Source of the DNA: Bacillota bacterium
GTDB taxonomy: Bacteria; Bacillota; Sulfobacillia; JABLXB01
DNA: 35,710 nucleotides
Assembly: GCA_018434225.1 (NCBI GenBank)
Contig: JAHDPS010000088.1
Location: forward strand, 1 to 35,710
Reading direction: 5' to 3'
Made by a program: the position numbers and the translations under genes. The notes beneath the pieces are model-generated. The model searched no databases. It was not told the DNA's origin and saw only the letters and a list, made by a program, of their open reading frames with translations. The number at the start of each line of letters is the position of its first letter. Positions within the stretch are counted from its first letter, which is position 1. Shown here one piece after another: positions 18,639 to 26,164 of this stretch.

Positions 18639-18810
18639 CGCCCAGGATTTTCCATTGTGCCCTTCGCCCGCTATTCTACAACCGGCGTAATGAGGGATTT
18701 GTCACATCTTGCATTCACATGCTGCGAGTTTCCGACAGCGAGTATTGGTTAGCAGGTGTACGTGGAGGCAATAATAGGGCTTTAAGGATGGTTGTGGGGT
18801 AGCGAAGCGG

Positions 18811-20577
18811 ATGAAGGCACACAAGGGATCTCCAGCGACACTCTTACGGAGACTGGTGGAGTGGTTGAATAAGGAACCACCCCCCATTTTCTCTCTCGAC
18901 CCGGCTTACCCACCTGTGGAGACCAGGGATGCGGCACAATCCGGCTCGGACAGTCGTGGGCGGGGCGCTCCGGGGGGCGGTGCTCCGGAAGGCGGCCCCG
19001 GGGCGGTGGATTACTCCAGCGGGATCGGGCGTGGGATAGGGGTGTCCAGCGACCTGGATAGCAACCTGTCCCTGCTCGGAAAGGCGCTGCACATCCAGGA
19101 ATCCGCGGATGTTGTGGTCAGGGAATTCTCCATCGGTGGACGCCTTCGCGCCGCTCTAGTATTCATAGAAGGGATGGTGGATAGGCGGACCGTCAACGCC
19201 GACATTCTCCAACCGCTCCTGGATCCCGCCACCCGGGCGCTGACCGCTCGGAAGCCGATGGTGGAAAGGTTCCAGAAGGCCTTTCCCGCAGCGCTGGCCA
19301 GGCCCGAGGGCAACCTGCGCAGGGTCGTTTCAGGCGTTATGAACGGCAGCGCCGCCGTTCTGATTGACGGTATGGATTGCGCGCTGCTCGTCGACGCCAC
19401 GGGCGTCCAGCATCGCCCGGTGGCCGAACCATCGACCGAGAGGGTAGTGCTCGGGCCTCACGAGGCGTTCGTCGAATCGCTGAAAGTGAACGTCCCCCTC
19501 GTGAGAAGGATCCTTAAGACCCCCGATCTCGTCTGCAGCAAGTTCGAGATCGGCGACATCACAAAGACCCAGGTGATCGTGTTCCACATAGAGGGGATCG
19601 CGAACCCGCGGCTCGTGCGCGAGGTGAAAAGGCGGATATCCTCCATCAAGGTGGACTACATGGCGGAAACGGGCTTATTGGACCAGCTGATAGACGTCCC
19701 GAGGTTCGGGCTCGTCCCGCACGCCCTGTACACTGAAAGGCCGGACAGGTTGGCTGCCCACCTGGCCGAGGGGTACGTCGGCATCATGGTGGACCATTCC
19801 CCGTACGGATTGATCGTGCCGGCGACCATACTCACCTTCTTCCACAGCGCCGAGGATTACTACGTGAGATGGCCGGCCGGAACGCTACTCAGGCTCATCA
19901 GAATGCTCGCGTTGTTCACCACTATACTGCTTCCGGGGCTATACGTCTCAGTCGTGAACTATCACCACGAGATGCTCCCAACCACGATAGCGTGGGCGTT
20001 CGCCGCGAGCAGGGAATCCGTCCCGATCCCCTCGGTCGGGGAGGTACTGATCGCTGAGATCGCTCTGGACTTCATTCGCGAGGCGGGGGTGCGGGTACCC
20101 TCGCCCGTGGGACCGACAATCGGCATCGTCGGGGCTCTCCTGATCGGCGAGGCTGCGGTGAACGCTTCCCTGCTTACACCCGAAGTAGTAATAGTGGTAG
20201 CCATCACGGCAATATGCAACTTCATAATCCCGAACCAGGATGCAGCCTTTTTCGAGCGGATACTCAGATACTTATTCGCGTTCGCCGCAAGCCTAATGGG
20301 GTTCCTGGGTCTCGCGGCGGCCTTCTTCGTCATAGGCGTGTATCTCTGTTCTTTGAGGAGCTTCGGTGTTCCATTCATGGCCCCCCTTCTTCCGTTCAAG
20401 ATGAGGCCGGATACCCTGGTGAGAGGGCCGCTGCAAACCATGGAGACGAGACCGGATTTTCTGCGGCCGGCGACTCGCACCCGCCAGCTCCCGATCTCTC
20501 GCGGGTGGTCGCGCCAGCGTTGGAGCCCGGGCGGATGGAGACGTCGGGGGGCGGGCGGGCGGGACGACAATGAATAG
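18811..20577 (+). CDS. Spore germinant receptor subunit A (GerA/GerK family)
   Basis: GerAA-type architecture: a soluble N-domain (VVREFSIGG..AALVFIEGMVD), then a C-terminal block of about five TM segments. It is first in an A-B-C operon. The N-terminus has an unusual Gly/Pro-rich stretch of about 70 aa, and the start is uncertain. Confidence 0.85.
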   Translation: MKAHKGSPATLLRRLVEWLNKEPPPIFSLDPAYPPVETRDAAQSGSDSRGRGAPGGGAPEGGPGAVDYSSGIGRGIGVSSDLDSNLSLLGKALHIQESADVVVREFSIGGRLRAALVFIEGMVDRRTVNADILQPLLDPATRALTARKPMVERFQKAFPAALARPEGNLRRVVSGVMNGSAAVLIDGMDCALLVDATGVQHRPVAEPSTERVVLGPHEAFVESLKVNVPLVRRILKTPDLVCSKFEIGDITKTQVIVFHIEGIANPRLVREVKRRISSIKVDYMAETGLLDQLIDVPRFGLVPHALYTERPDRLAAHLAEGYVGIMVDHSPYGLIVPATILTFFHSAEDYYVRWPAGTLLRLIRMLALFTTILLPGLYVSVVNYHHEMLPTTIAWAFAASRESVPIPSVGEVLIAEIALDFIREAGVRVPSPVGPTIGIVGALLIGEAAVNASLLTPEVVIVVAITAICNFIIPNQDAAFFERILRYLFAFAASLMGFLGLAAAFFVIGVYLCSLRSFGVPFMAPLLPFKMRPDTLVRGPLQTMETRPDFLRPATRTRQLPISRGWSRQRWSPGGWRRRGAGGRDDNE

Positions 20578-21715
20578 CCAGTTAATGCGCCCTCCCGGCC
20601 ACCGGATTGGGTACATCGAGGGGCTCGCACTCCTGACGGTATACATGATGGGAAAGGTATTCACCTCGTGCCCCAGCCAGATGATATACCTGGAGTCGAC
20701 CTCGGGCTGGATAACCACCGCCCTTGCCGCGATACCCGCCGGCCTGGGTATGGCCGTCAATTACTACTTCGTGTCACGGTTCCACGGCCTGGAATACCAG
20801 CGCTGCCTGGAACTTACTATTGGCAGGGTCGCGGGAAAGGCTGTAGGGGCATTGCTGGTAGCGTTCGCGATCGGACTGAACGCCATCCCGCTCAGGGAAG
20901 TATCGGGCGGGCTCAAAACGGCGATCCTCCAGGAAACGCCGCTGGGGGTAATCGCCATCGTGGCGATGCTGGTCTCCGCCTGGTCTGCCGCCTTAGGCCC
21001 CGAACCGGTCGGCAGATTCGCGTCCCTCACCATATTCCCTATGTCGATACTGCTCCTCTTGGCCCTATTCGGGAGCCTTCGCGCTGAGTTCAGTCTCGCC
21101 GAACTATTCCCGCTATGGGGCACCGGCATCGGGAAGACGATCTCAGGCGCGATTCCGTGTTCGTCGATATACTCCGAGGGATTCGCCATCGGGGTCCTCA
21201 TGCCGCACATCAGAGAGGCCGCTCCGCGGCAGGGCCTGCGCCTCGCCTTGACCTCGCTGCTGCTGGCGGCATTGGCGCTGAGCCTGACTATAATGATAAC
21301 AACTGCGATCTTCACCGCGCCCGTGGGAGCTCAGACTCTTTATCCAGCTCTCCAAATCGCCAGGCTGATTGTATTCAGCATATTCATCGAACGCGTGGAG
21401 GCGCTGTTCGTTTTCGCGGGGATCATTCTGACGGCGATCAAATTCGCCGTCGGCCTTCTCATCTGTTCCTTCCTGCTGGCGGGCGTCCTGGGCGTGAGAC
21501 GCTGGGACATAATCGTCTGGCCGCTTGCGGCCTTGACGTATTTCGCGTGCTTCCGACCGGAGACCCTAATAGATGTGTTCTATCTGCAAATCACGCTCTT
21601 CCGCTCATGCGGATGGATCATCGCGTTCGTACTTCCCTCGGTTCTACTGTTAATCGCCCACATCAGGAAGGTGCCGGGCGGCCGAAGTGAGGCCTGCCAC
21701 AAGAATGACCGCTAA
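20570..21715 (+). CDS. Spore germinant receptor subunit B (GerAB / APC-superfamily-like permease)
   Basis: Polytopic membrane protein of about 10 TM segments. It overlaps the A gene by 8 nt (ATGAATAG). Confidence 0.8.
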   Translation: MNSQLMRPPGHRIGYIEGLALLTVYMMGKVFTSCPSQMIYLESTSGWITTALAAIPAGLGMAVNYYFVSRFHGLEYQRCLELTIGRVAGKAVGALLVAFAIGLNAIPLREVSGGLKTAILQETPLGVIAIVAMLVSAWSAALGPEPVGRFASLTIFPMSILLLLALFGSLRAEFSLAELFPLWGTGIGKTISGAIPCSSIYSEGFAIGVLMPHIREAAPRQGLRLALTSLLLAALALSLTIMITTAIFTAPVGAQTLYPALQIARLIVFSIFIERVEALFVFAGIILTAIKFAVGLLICSFLLAGVLGVRRWDIIVWPLAALTYFACFRPETLIDVFYLQITLFRSCGWIIAFVLPSVLLLIAHIRKVPGGRSEACHKNDR

Positions 21716-22994
21716 GGTGCGTACTGCTTATGTGACCGTAATGATACTGATCTCGTTCAGCCTGTGCGGGTGCTGGGGACGTACGGAGCTGGAGAACATC
21801 GCGTTCCTGGCCCTGGTGGGCCTCGACACAGTGCAAGGTCCCTCCGGTGAGGACCTGCTGGCGGGCGATGCGGGCCTTCAAGTGACGGCCAGCATCGCGA
21901 GCCCCCATGCGTCCTCTCCGGGAGATAGTGGAGGGGATTCGGGCAGAGGGGGTCCCAGCCGCAGGTTCATGACGACCGTCAGCGTAGCCGCACCGAACGT
22001 GTCGACCGCGATGCAGGCGGTGGAGATGTCGGTGGGAAGGGACCTGACCGCGATCCACCTGCAGGCGATAGTAATAGGCGAAGGCCTCGCGCGCCAGGGT
22101 CTGGAAGACGTGCTCGACTCGATGCTTAGGTTCCGCAACCTGAGACACTCCGTCATCGTGATCATAGCTGAGGGCAGGGCAAGAGACGTCCTGGAGAAAC
22201 TCTCCCCTACGGCGGAAGCGCAAGCAGCGGTCTTCCTGCAGAAACTCATCGCCGTAGCGGCGGACGGCCGGACCACCCGGCAGGTGCACCTGCACGATCT
22301 GTTGGTATCGCGCGCCTCGAAGTCGAAAGACGCGGTGCTGCCCCTCATCCGCCTGTGGCGGGAAACCACCCCCGGAGACAGTGCCCCCGGCGCGTGGAGC
22401 GCCACGCTTGCAGGGGGGGCCGTGTTCAAGGACGCGTCAATGGTGGGGAAAATCAATATAATCGAGGCGTTTCACGCGCTCACATTGCGCGGTGGCATCC
22501 GGAGGTTGTCCCAAGCATACCCGGTTACGCCCCCGCAGGGGTCACCGGCGAATGAAACGGCTGGCACGCAGGGAATCGTGGAAGTTGAATGGGAGAAGGG
22601 GTTCGCGCGACGAAAGCTACGCATCGACGAGAAAGCAGGCGTGCACACCCCGCGCGTCCGGATCGATGTCAGTGTCGAACTTACGGGCACCATCGTGGAG
22701 TTGCCCGCTCACATTGACATAACCAGGCCGGAGGGCCTACGACGACTTCAGAGCGACGTCGAAAAAGGCGTTTTATTTCACCTCCGACGGGTCATCTCCA
22801 AGGCGCAACTGGAATTCGGAGGCGCGGACATATTCTTCTTCGGCGACGCCGCAAGGCGGCAGTTCGCCACCTGGGGTGAATGGATATCGTTCGACTGGCC
22901 GGAACGGTTCCGCGAGGCGACAGTCGATGTAACGGCGACGGTCCACCTACGGCGTCCCGGCCTCACCGTCCGTAACGTTTGGCACCTTGAGTGA
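21705..22994 (+). CDS. Spore germinant receptor subunit C (Ger(x)C lipoprotein)
   Basis: A signal peptide with lipobox ILISFSLCGC is followed by WGRTELENIAFLALVGLD, which is typical of Ger(x)C proteins. The track start is 21687; the ATG at 21705 gives a normal signal peptide. Confidence 0.85.
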   Translation: MTAKVRTAYVTVMILISFSLCGCWGRTELENIAFLALVGLDTVQGPSGEDLLAGDAGLQVTASIASPHASSPGDSGGDSGRGGPSRRFMTTVSVAAPNVSTAMQAVEMSVGRDLTAIHLQAIVIGEGLARQGLEDVLDSMLRFRNLRHSVIVIIAEGRARDVLEKLSPTAEAQAAVFLQKLIAVAADGRTTRQVHLHDLLVSRASKSKDAVLPLIRLWRETTPGDSAPGAWSATLAGGAVFKDASMVGKINIIEAFHALTLRGGIRRLSQAYPVTPPQGSPANETAGTQGIVEVEWEKGFARRKLRIDEKAGVHTPRVRIDVSVELTGTIVELPAHIDITRPEGLRRLQSDVEKGVLFHLRRVISKAQLEFGGADIFFFGDAARRQFATWGEWISFDWPERFREATVDVTATVHLRRPGLTVRNVWHLE

Positions 22995-23038
22995 GCGCCC
23001 GATCGAGAGGGAATCATAATCGCGAGGGGGTGTATCGG

Positions 23039-23215
23039 GTGTTCATGGGCACACTGATGGGATTCAAGAAGATCCGCCGCGCGATGGCGGCGTGGATGAT
23101 GTTCTGGGTGGCGATCTCAGTGCTGTTCGCGTTCTGGACCTACAGTATCCAGGATTCCCTGGGCCGCATCGCCGACTATTTCGATCTCAAATCCAAGAAG
23201 TACCACGAGGATTGA
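23039..23215 (+). CDS. Small single-pass membrane protein, fourth ORF of the ger operon
   Basis: GAGGGGG lies 8 nt before GTG 23039 (alternative ATG at 23045). The product has one TM helix (AAWMMFWVAISVLFAFW) and a charged tail. The gene abuts or overlaps the gerC-type stop and precedes the bidirectional terminator. No family was recognised. Confidence 0.4.
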   Translation: MFMGTLMGFKKIRRAMAAWMMFWVAISVLFAFWTYSIQDSLGRIADYFDLKSKKYHED

Positions 23216-23230
23216 GTGGTTTTCCTTAAA

Positions 23231-23263
23231 GGGCCATCCCAAATTGCCCTTTTGGGACGGCCC
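23231..23263. terminator. Bidirectional terminator hairpin between the convergent ger operon and SNF gene
   Basis: gggccatcccaaa (23231-23243) pairs with tttgggacggccc (23251-23263) over 13 bp with one mismatch and a 7-nt loop. A/T residues lie at the stem base on both sides. Confidence 0.6.
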
Positions 23264-23288
23264 CCCATTCATCTACAGTCTTATTTCA

Positions 23289-24665
23289 CTATAGTTTTAT
23301 TATCCCCAACCCGTTGAGCAAGACGACGAACACGAGAAGAGGGGTAACGAACTTGACGACCGCGTAGAACGCCCCGATAACGGCATCATTATTGAGAGAG
23401 CCTTCGTTCGACGCGGTGCGCCTGATGTTCTCCAGTCCCCACCTCCAGCCGATGAATAGGCACAGGAACAGGCCGCCCAGGGGCAGAAGCACGTTCGACG
23501 TCGAGTAGTCGAGCAGATCGAACATCGTCATGCCAAGCAGTTTGAAGTCAGCCATCGTGCTGTTGGAGAGCGCAGCGGTGGACCCAAGGAGCACCAGCCC
23601 GGCGAGGGTCACGAGCGTCGCGGTCGTTCTAGACCACCCTAGTCTCCCCGAAATGAACGCCACGGGCACTTCCATGAGCGAAAGCATGGCGCCAGTCGCG
23701 GCAATCGCCGTAAGAATGAAGAATATAACCATGAATACCCCGCCCAGCGGCATCGAGCTGAAAACGGCGGGTATGGTTATGAATAGGAGCTTCGGCCCGG
23801 CCCCCGGCTCGAACCCGAACGCGAACACCGCCGGGAATATGGCGAGACCCGCCAATATCGAGACGGCCACATCGGCCAGCATGACCCTGGCGGCGGTCCC
23901 GGGGATATTCTGATCGTCCCTGAAGTAGCTACCGTATGTTATCATCGTGCCCATGCCCACGGACAGCTTGAAGAACGACAGCCCCATGGCGGTCAGCACT
24001 GTCGCCCAGGTCACTTTCGAGAAATCGGGCTTGAACAGGAACCCTAGCCCCTCCGCCGCGCCCGGCAGCGTGAGGCTCCTGGCGCACACCAGCAGTAGGA
24101 GTAGGAATAGGCACGGCACCAGGCGTTTGGTCATCGCTTCTATGCCCTTGGATACCCCGGCGATGATGATAACGCTTATGAAGACAAGAACAATCCATTG
24201 CCATACCAGCGATTGCACGGGGTTGGTGATCATGTTCGCGAATGCCTGTGATGTCACCTCAGGATCAGTGCTCGCCAACACCCCGCTCGCCGCCTTGAAT
24301 ATATACGCGAAGACCCAACAGGCGACCTCGCTGTAGAAGGCCAGGATGAGAAACGCCGCGATAACACCCGAGACCCCAACCAGATACCACGGCTGTCGTG
24401 GCTCGAGTTTCTGCAGGGAGGTGATGGCGTCAGCCCTCGCCCGTCGCCCGATGATGAGTTCGGTGATCATTACCGGAAGCCCGACAAGCAGTGTGCATAG
24501 AAGGTAGATGATGATGAAAGCGGCGCCGCCATTGACACCTGTAAGATACGGGAACTTCCATATGTTGCCCAGTCCGACCGCAGAACCCAGGGTCGCGGCA
24601 ATTACCCCCAGATTCGTAGTGAAGCCATCGCGAAAGCCTTTCCCTGGTGCTTGCTGCATTTTCAT
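23289..24665 (-). CDS. Sodium-dependent transporter, neurotransmitter:sodium symporter (SNF/NSS) family
   Basis: GLGNIWKFPYLTGVNGGAAF is the NSS signature and the product has about 12 TM segments. AAGGGAG RBS lies 8 nt before the ATG at 24665. The substrate is not determinable; a TnaT-like tryptophan carrier is one hypothesis. Confidence 0.9.
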   Translation of the reverse strand: MKMQQAPGKGFRDGFTTNLGVIAATLGSAVGLGNIWKFPYLTGVNGGAAFIIIYLLCTLLVGLPVMITELIIGRRARADAITSLQKLEPRQPWYLVGVSGVIAAFLILAFYSEVACWVFAYIFKAASGVLASTDPEVTSQAFANMITNPVQSLVWQWIVLVFISVIIIAGVSKGIEAMTKRLVPCLFLLLLLVCARSLTLPGAAEGLGFLFKPDFSKVTWATVLTAMGLSFFKLSVGMGTMITYGSYFRDDQNIPGTAARVMLADVAVSILAGLAIFPAVFAFGFEPGAGPKLLFITIPAVFSSMPLGGVFMVIFFILTAIAATGAMLSLMEVPVAFISGRLGWSRTTATLVTLAGLVLLGSTAALSNSTMADFKLLGMTMFDLLDYSTSNVLLPLGGLFLCLFIGWRWGLENIRRTASNEGSLNNDAVIGAFYAVVKFVTPLLVFVVLLNGLGIIKL

Positions 24666-24711
24666 TCTGCTGACTCCCTTCTACCGTGGTGTCCGTTCTA
24701 GTGGAATACGG

Positions 24712-24750
24712 CCAAACAAAAAGAACCGCTCGGGCATCGATACCGGCGGT
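24712..24750 (-). terminator. Intrinsic terminator inside the 5' leader of the SNF gene (attenuator)
   Basis: In minus-strand RNA, ACCGCCGG (24750-24743) pairs with CCG(A)GCGGU (24733-24725) around a 9-nt loop. UCUUUUUGUUUGG (24724-24712) follows and ends 46 nt before the start codon. Confidence 0.55.
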
Positions 24751-24796
24751 CCAGCGAAACCGTTCAGCCCATATCCGACCTGCTATATCCGCCATT

Positions 24797-24825
24797 ATGA
24801 TAAGGCAGGCATTGCCTCGTGTCAA
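24797..24825 (-). promoter_or_regulatory. Sigma-A-type promoter for the SNF transporter
   Basis: On the minus strand, TTGACA (24825-24820), a 17-nt spacer and TATCAT (24802-24797). This is a near-consensus arrangement in otherwise GC-rich DNA. The predicted TSS is near 24790. Confidence 0.55.
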
Positions 24826-25115
24826 GCACGGCACGGTCTGCAGTTCGCCGCCGGCCCCGGTAGACCCGTGCGCCACCACACACGTAGATCCGATCCGGTG
24901 TGTGGGAGCGGCATGTTCCGGGCGGACCCACGGGCGTCGCTGAATGCTATCAGGGGCCGCCTGGATAGATCCGTCGGCATATCTCTCACTGGCGGCAATA
25001 ACCTGTGGCTGAAGGCCACACCGCCAAACACTGCTGGTACCCGGCACCCTCCGGGTCATGTAGCCGTTTCCCGCTCGTCGCATAGAATGGACCATCATTA
25101 CCATCGGAGGTGTTG

Positions 25116-25211
25116 ATGATGGAGAAGAAGGAATGCGGCTGGGGCAATTTCGGATTCATCCTATTCCTGATCCTCATTCTCCTCTTCTTCGGCCAGGGCT
25201 GGGGATGGTAG
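25116..25211 (+). CDS. 31-aa tiny membrane peptide (YjcZ / tiny_TM_bacill-like sporulation peptide candidate)
   Basis: The ORF is below the ORF-track size cutoff. GGAGG (25106-25110) lies 5 nt before ATG 25116, with TAG at 25209-25211. The translation is MMEKKECGWGNFGFILFLILILLFFGQGWGW: a Gly/aromatic head, one very hydrophobic helix and a Gly/Trp tail. Confidence 0.55.
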   Translation: MMEKKECGWGNFGFILFLILILLFFGQGWGW

Positions 25212-25360
25212 GCGGAAGAGAAGAGCCAGCCGTCCGGACTGGAGGCCCTCCACCGAGAGGGTCTCCGGCTTCAACGGAGCACAATGACCGCCTGAGCGCG
25301 ACGTTCACCACAATTATCACCGTTCGATGATACTCAGGCCGACTCGTCGAGGCCGACGGG

Positions 25361-26164
25361 GTGAAATCAATGACATGCTACGCGCAGGCTTGCGACTTAT
25401 ACGCGCCGCTCGAGGCACAGATCCGGGACTACCTGCGGCGCGACTCCGCTAGATGGGGCATTCACTTCCTTGATCTCGGATCGAGAGCAGCGTTCGGGGT
25501 GAACCCACAACTCCCGATCCCGCAGGCCAGCACCGTTAAGGTCCCGATCGTCCTATACGTCAACTGCCTGGTAGCCTGGGGACGATTGCGGTGGACAGAT
25601 CGCGTGGCCTATGACCCTGAAACGGATTACAGGGGAGGGGCTGGCGCCCTACAGTTCTCCGCGAGGGAGGACAGCAAGTACTCCCTGAGGTTGCTGACGA
25701 ACCTGGCCATAACGCTGAGCGACAACGTGGCCAAGGCGATGTTGGTCAGGTATCTGGGAGCGGACAATATCATCGCGTTCATGGCCGGCCTGGGCGCCTC
25801 CGAGCCGCACGTGGCTGGGGATGACCCAACGACCGCGGCGGACATGACTCTGTACCTCGATGCCCTGCTGAAGTTCCAGCAGCAATGCCCGGGGCTGGGG
25901 TGCAGAATGCTAGACGACCTTGCGAACACCATGTGGAACGAGGGTTTGCCCGCTCGTCTCCCGCCCGACATCGTCGTCGCCCACAAGGAAGGGGATATCA
26001 CCGGGGTATCGGACGACGTGGGCATCGTGTTCGCTAGTCATCCCTATATCCTTTCGATACTCTCAGAGGGCCAGGAGGATATCGAGGCGGGTTTCGGCAG
26101 AATAGCCGATATATCCAGACTGGTCTATTATTACCAGGAGTCCGTATCCTGTTACCTGCGCTAG
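25361..26164 (+). CDS. Class A beta-lactamase-fold serine hydrolase without a signal peptide
   Basis: SxxK (ASTVK), SDN (LSDNVA) and an omega-loop-like SEPHVAGDDPTTAADM with Glu retained are present. KEG (AHKEGDITG) replaces KTG. The N-terminus MKSMTCYAQACDLYAPLEAQIRDY has no hydrophobic leader. GTG start. Confidence 0.7.
   Translation: MKSMTCYAQACDLYAPLEAQIRDYLRRDSARWGIHFLDLGSRAAFGVNPQLPIPQASTVKVPIVLYVNCLVAWGRLRWTDRVAYDPETDYRGGAGALQFSAREDSKYSLRLLTNLAITLSDNVAKAMLVRYLGADNIIAFMAGLGASEPHVAGDDPTTAADMTLYLDALLKFQQQCPGLGCRMLDDLANTMWNEGLPARLPPDIVVAHKEGDITGVSDDVGIVFASHPYILSILSEGQEDIEAGFGRIADISRLVYYYQESVSCYLR

Noticed and set aside
24725-24775. T-box-like sequence GCUGGACCGCCGG overlapping the leader terminator.
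   Set aside because: One nucleotide is missing relative to the UGGNACC core. No Stem I, specifier loop or AG-bulge lies downstream of the predicted TSS. A 125-nt leader is too short for a canonical T-box.
24700-24790. TRAP-type (G/U)AG triplet array or Trp-rich leader peptide in the SNF leader.
   Set aside because: Only isolated UAG/GAG triplets are present, and the sole leader ORF is Met-Gly-stop.
24915-24975. ZTP (pfl)-like fragments on the plus strand (CCGGGCGGACCC, GCCGCCUGGAU).
   Set aside because: The 5' GGGUCGUGACUGGCG core is missing, the 3' motif has mismatches, and the downstream genes are not purine or folate related.
24950-25075. Possible cobalamin riboswitch on the minus strand (GGGAAACGG..., GCCACAGG resembling the B12-box GCCACUG).
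   Set aside because: The GGUGnnAAnnCC hairpin and the AGCCnGnAGACCUGCC elements are absent, and the helices are not arranged as expected. The region also lies upstream of the predicted SNF promoter. cmscan would settle the question.
24430-25104. A 224-aa minus-strand ORF spanning the SNF leader and running into the SNF coding region out of frame. The 202-aa plus-strand ORF 24508..25116 is a related case.
   Set aside because: The sequences are not protein-like. The minus-strand ORF overlaps a well-supported promoter, terminator and the RBS-supported SNF start. The region is better explained as non-coding.
25133-25330. A 65-aa track ORF (MRLGQFRIHP...).
   Set aside because: It overlaps the RBS-supported 31-aa ORF in another frame, has no RBS of its own, and has an Arg/Pro-rich composition.
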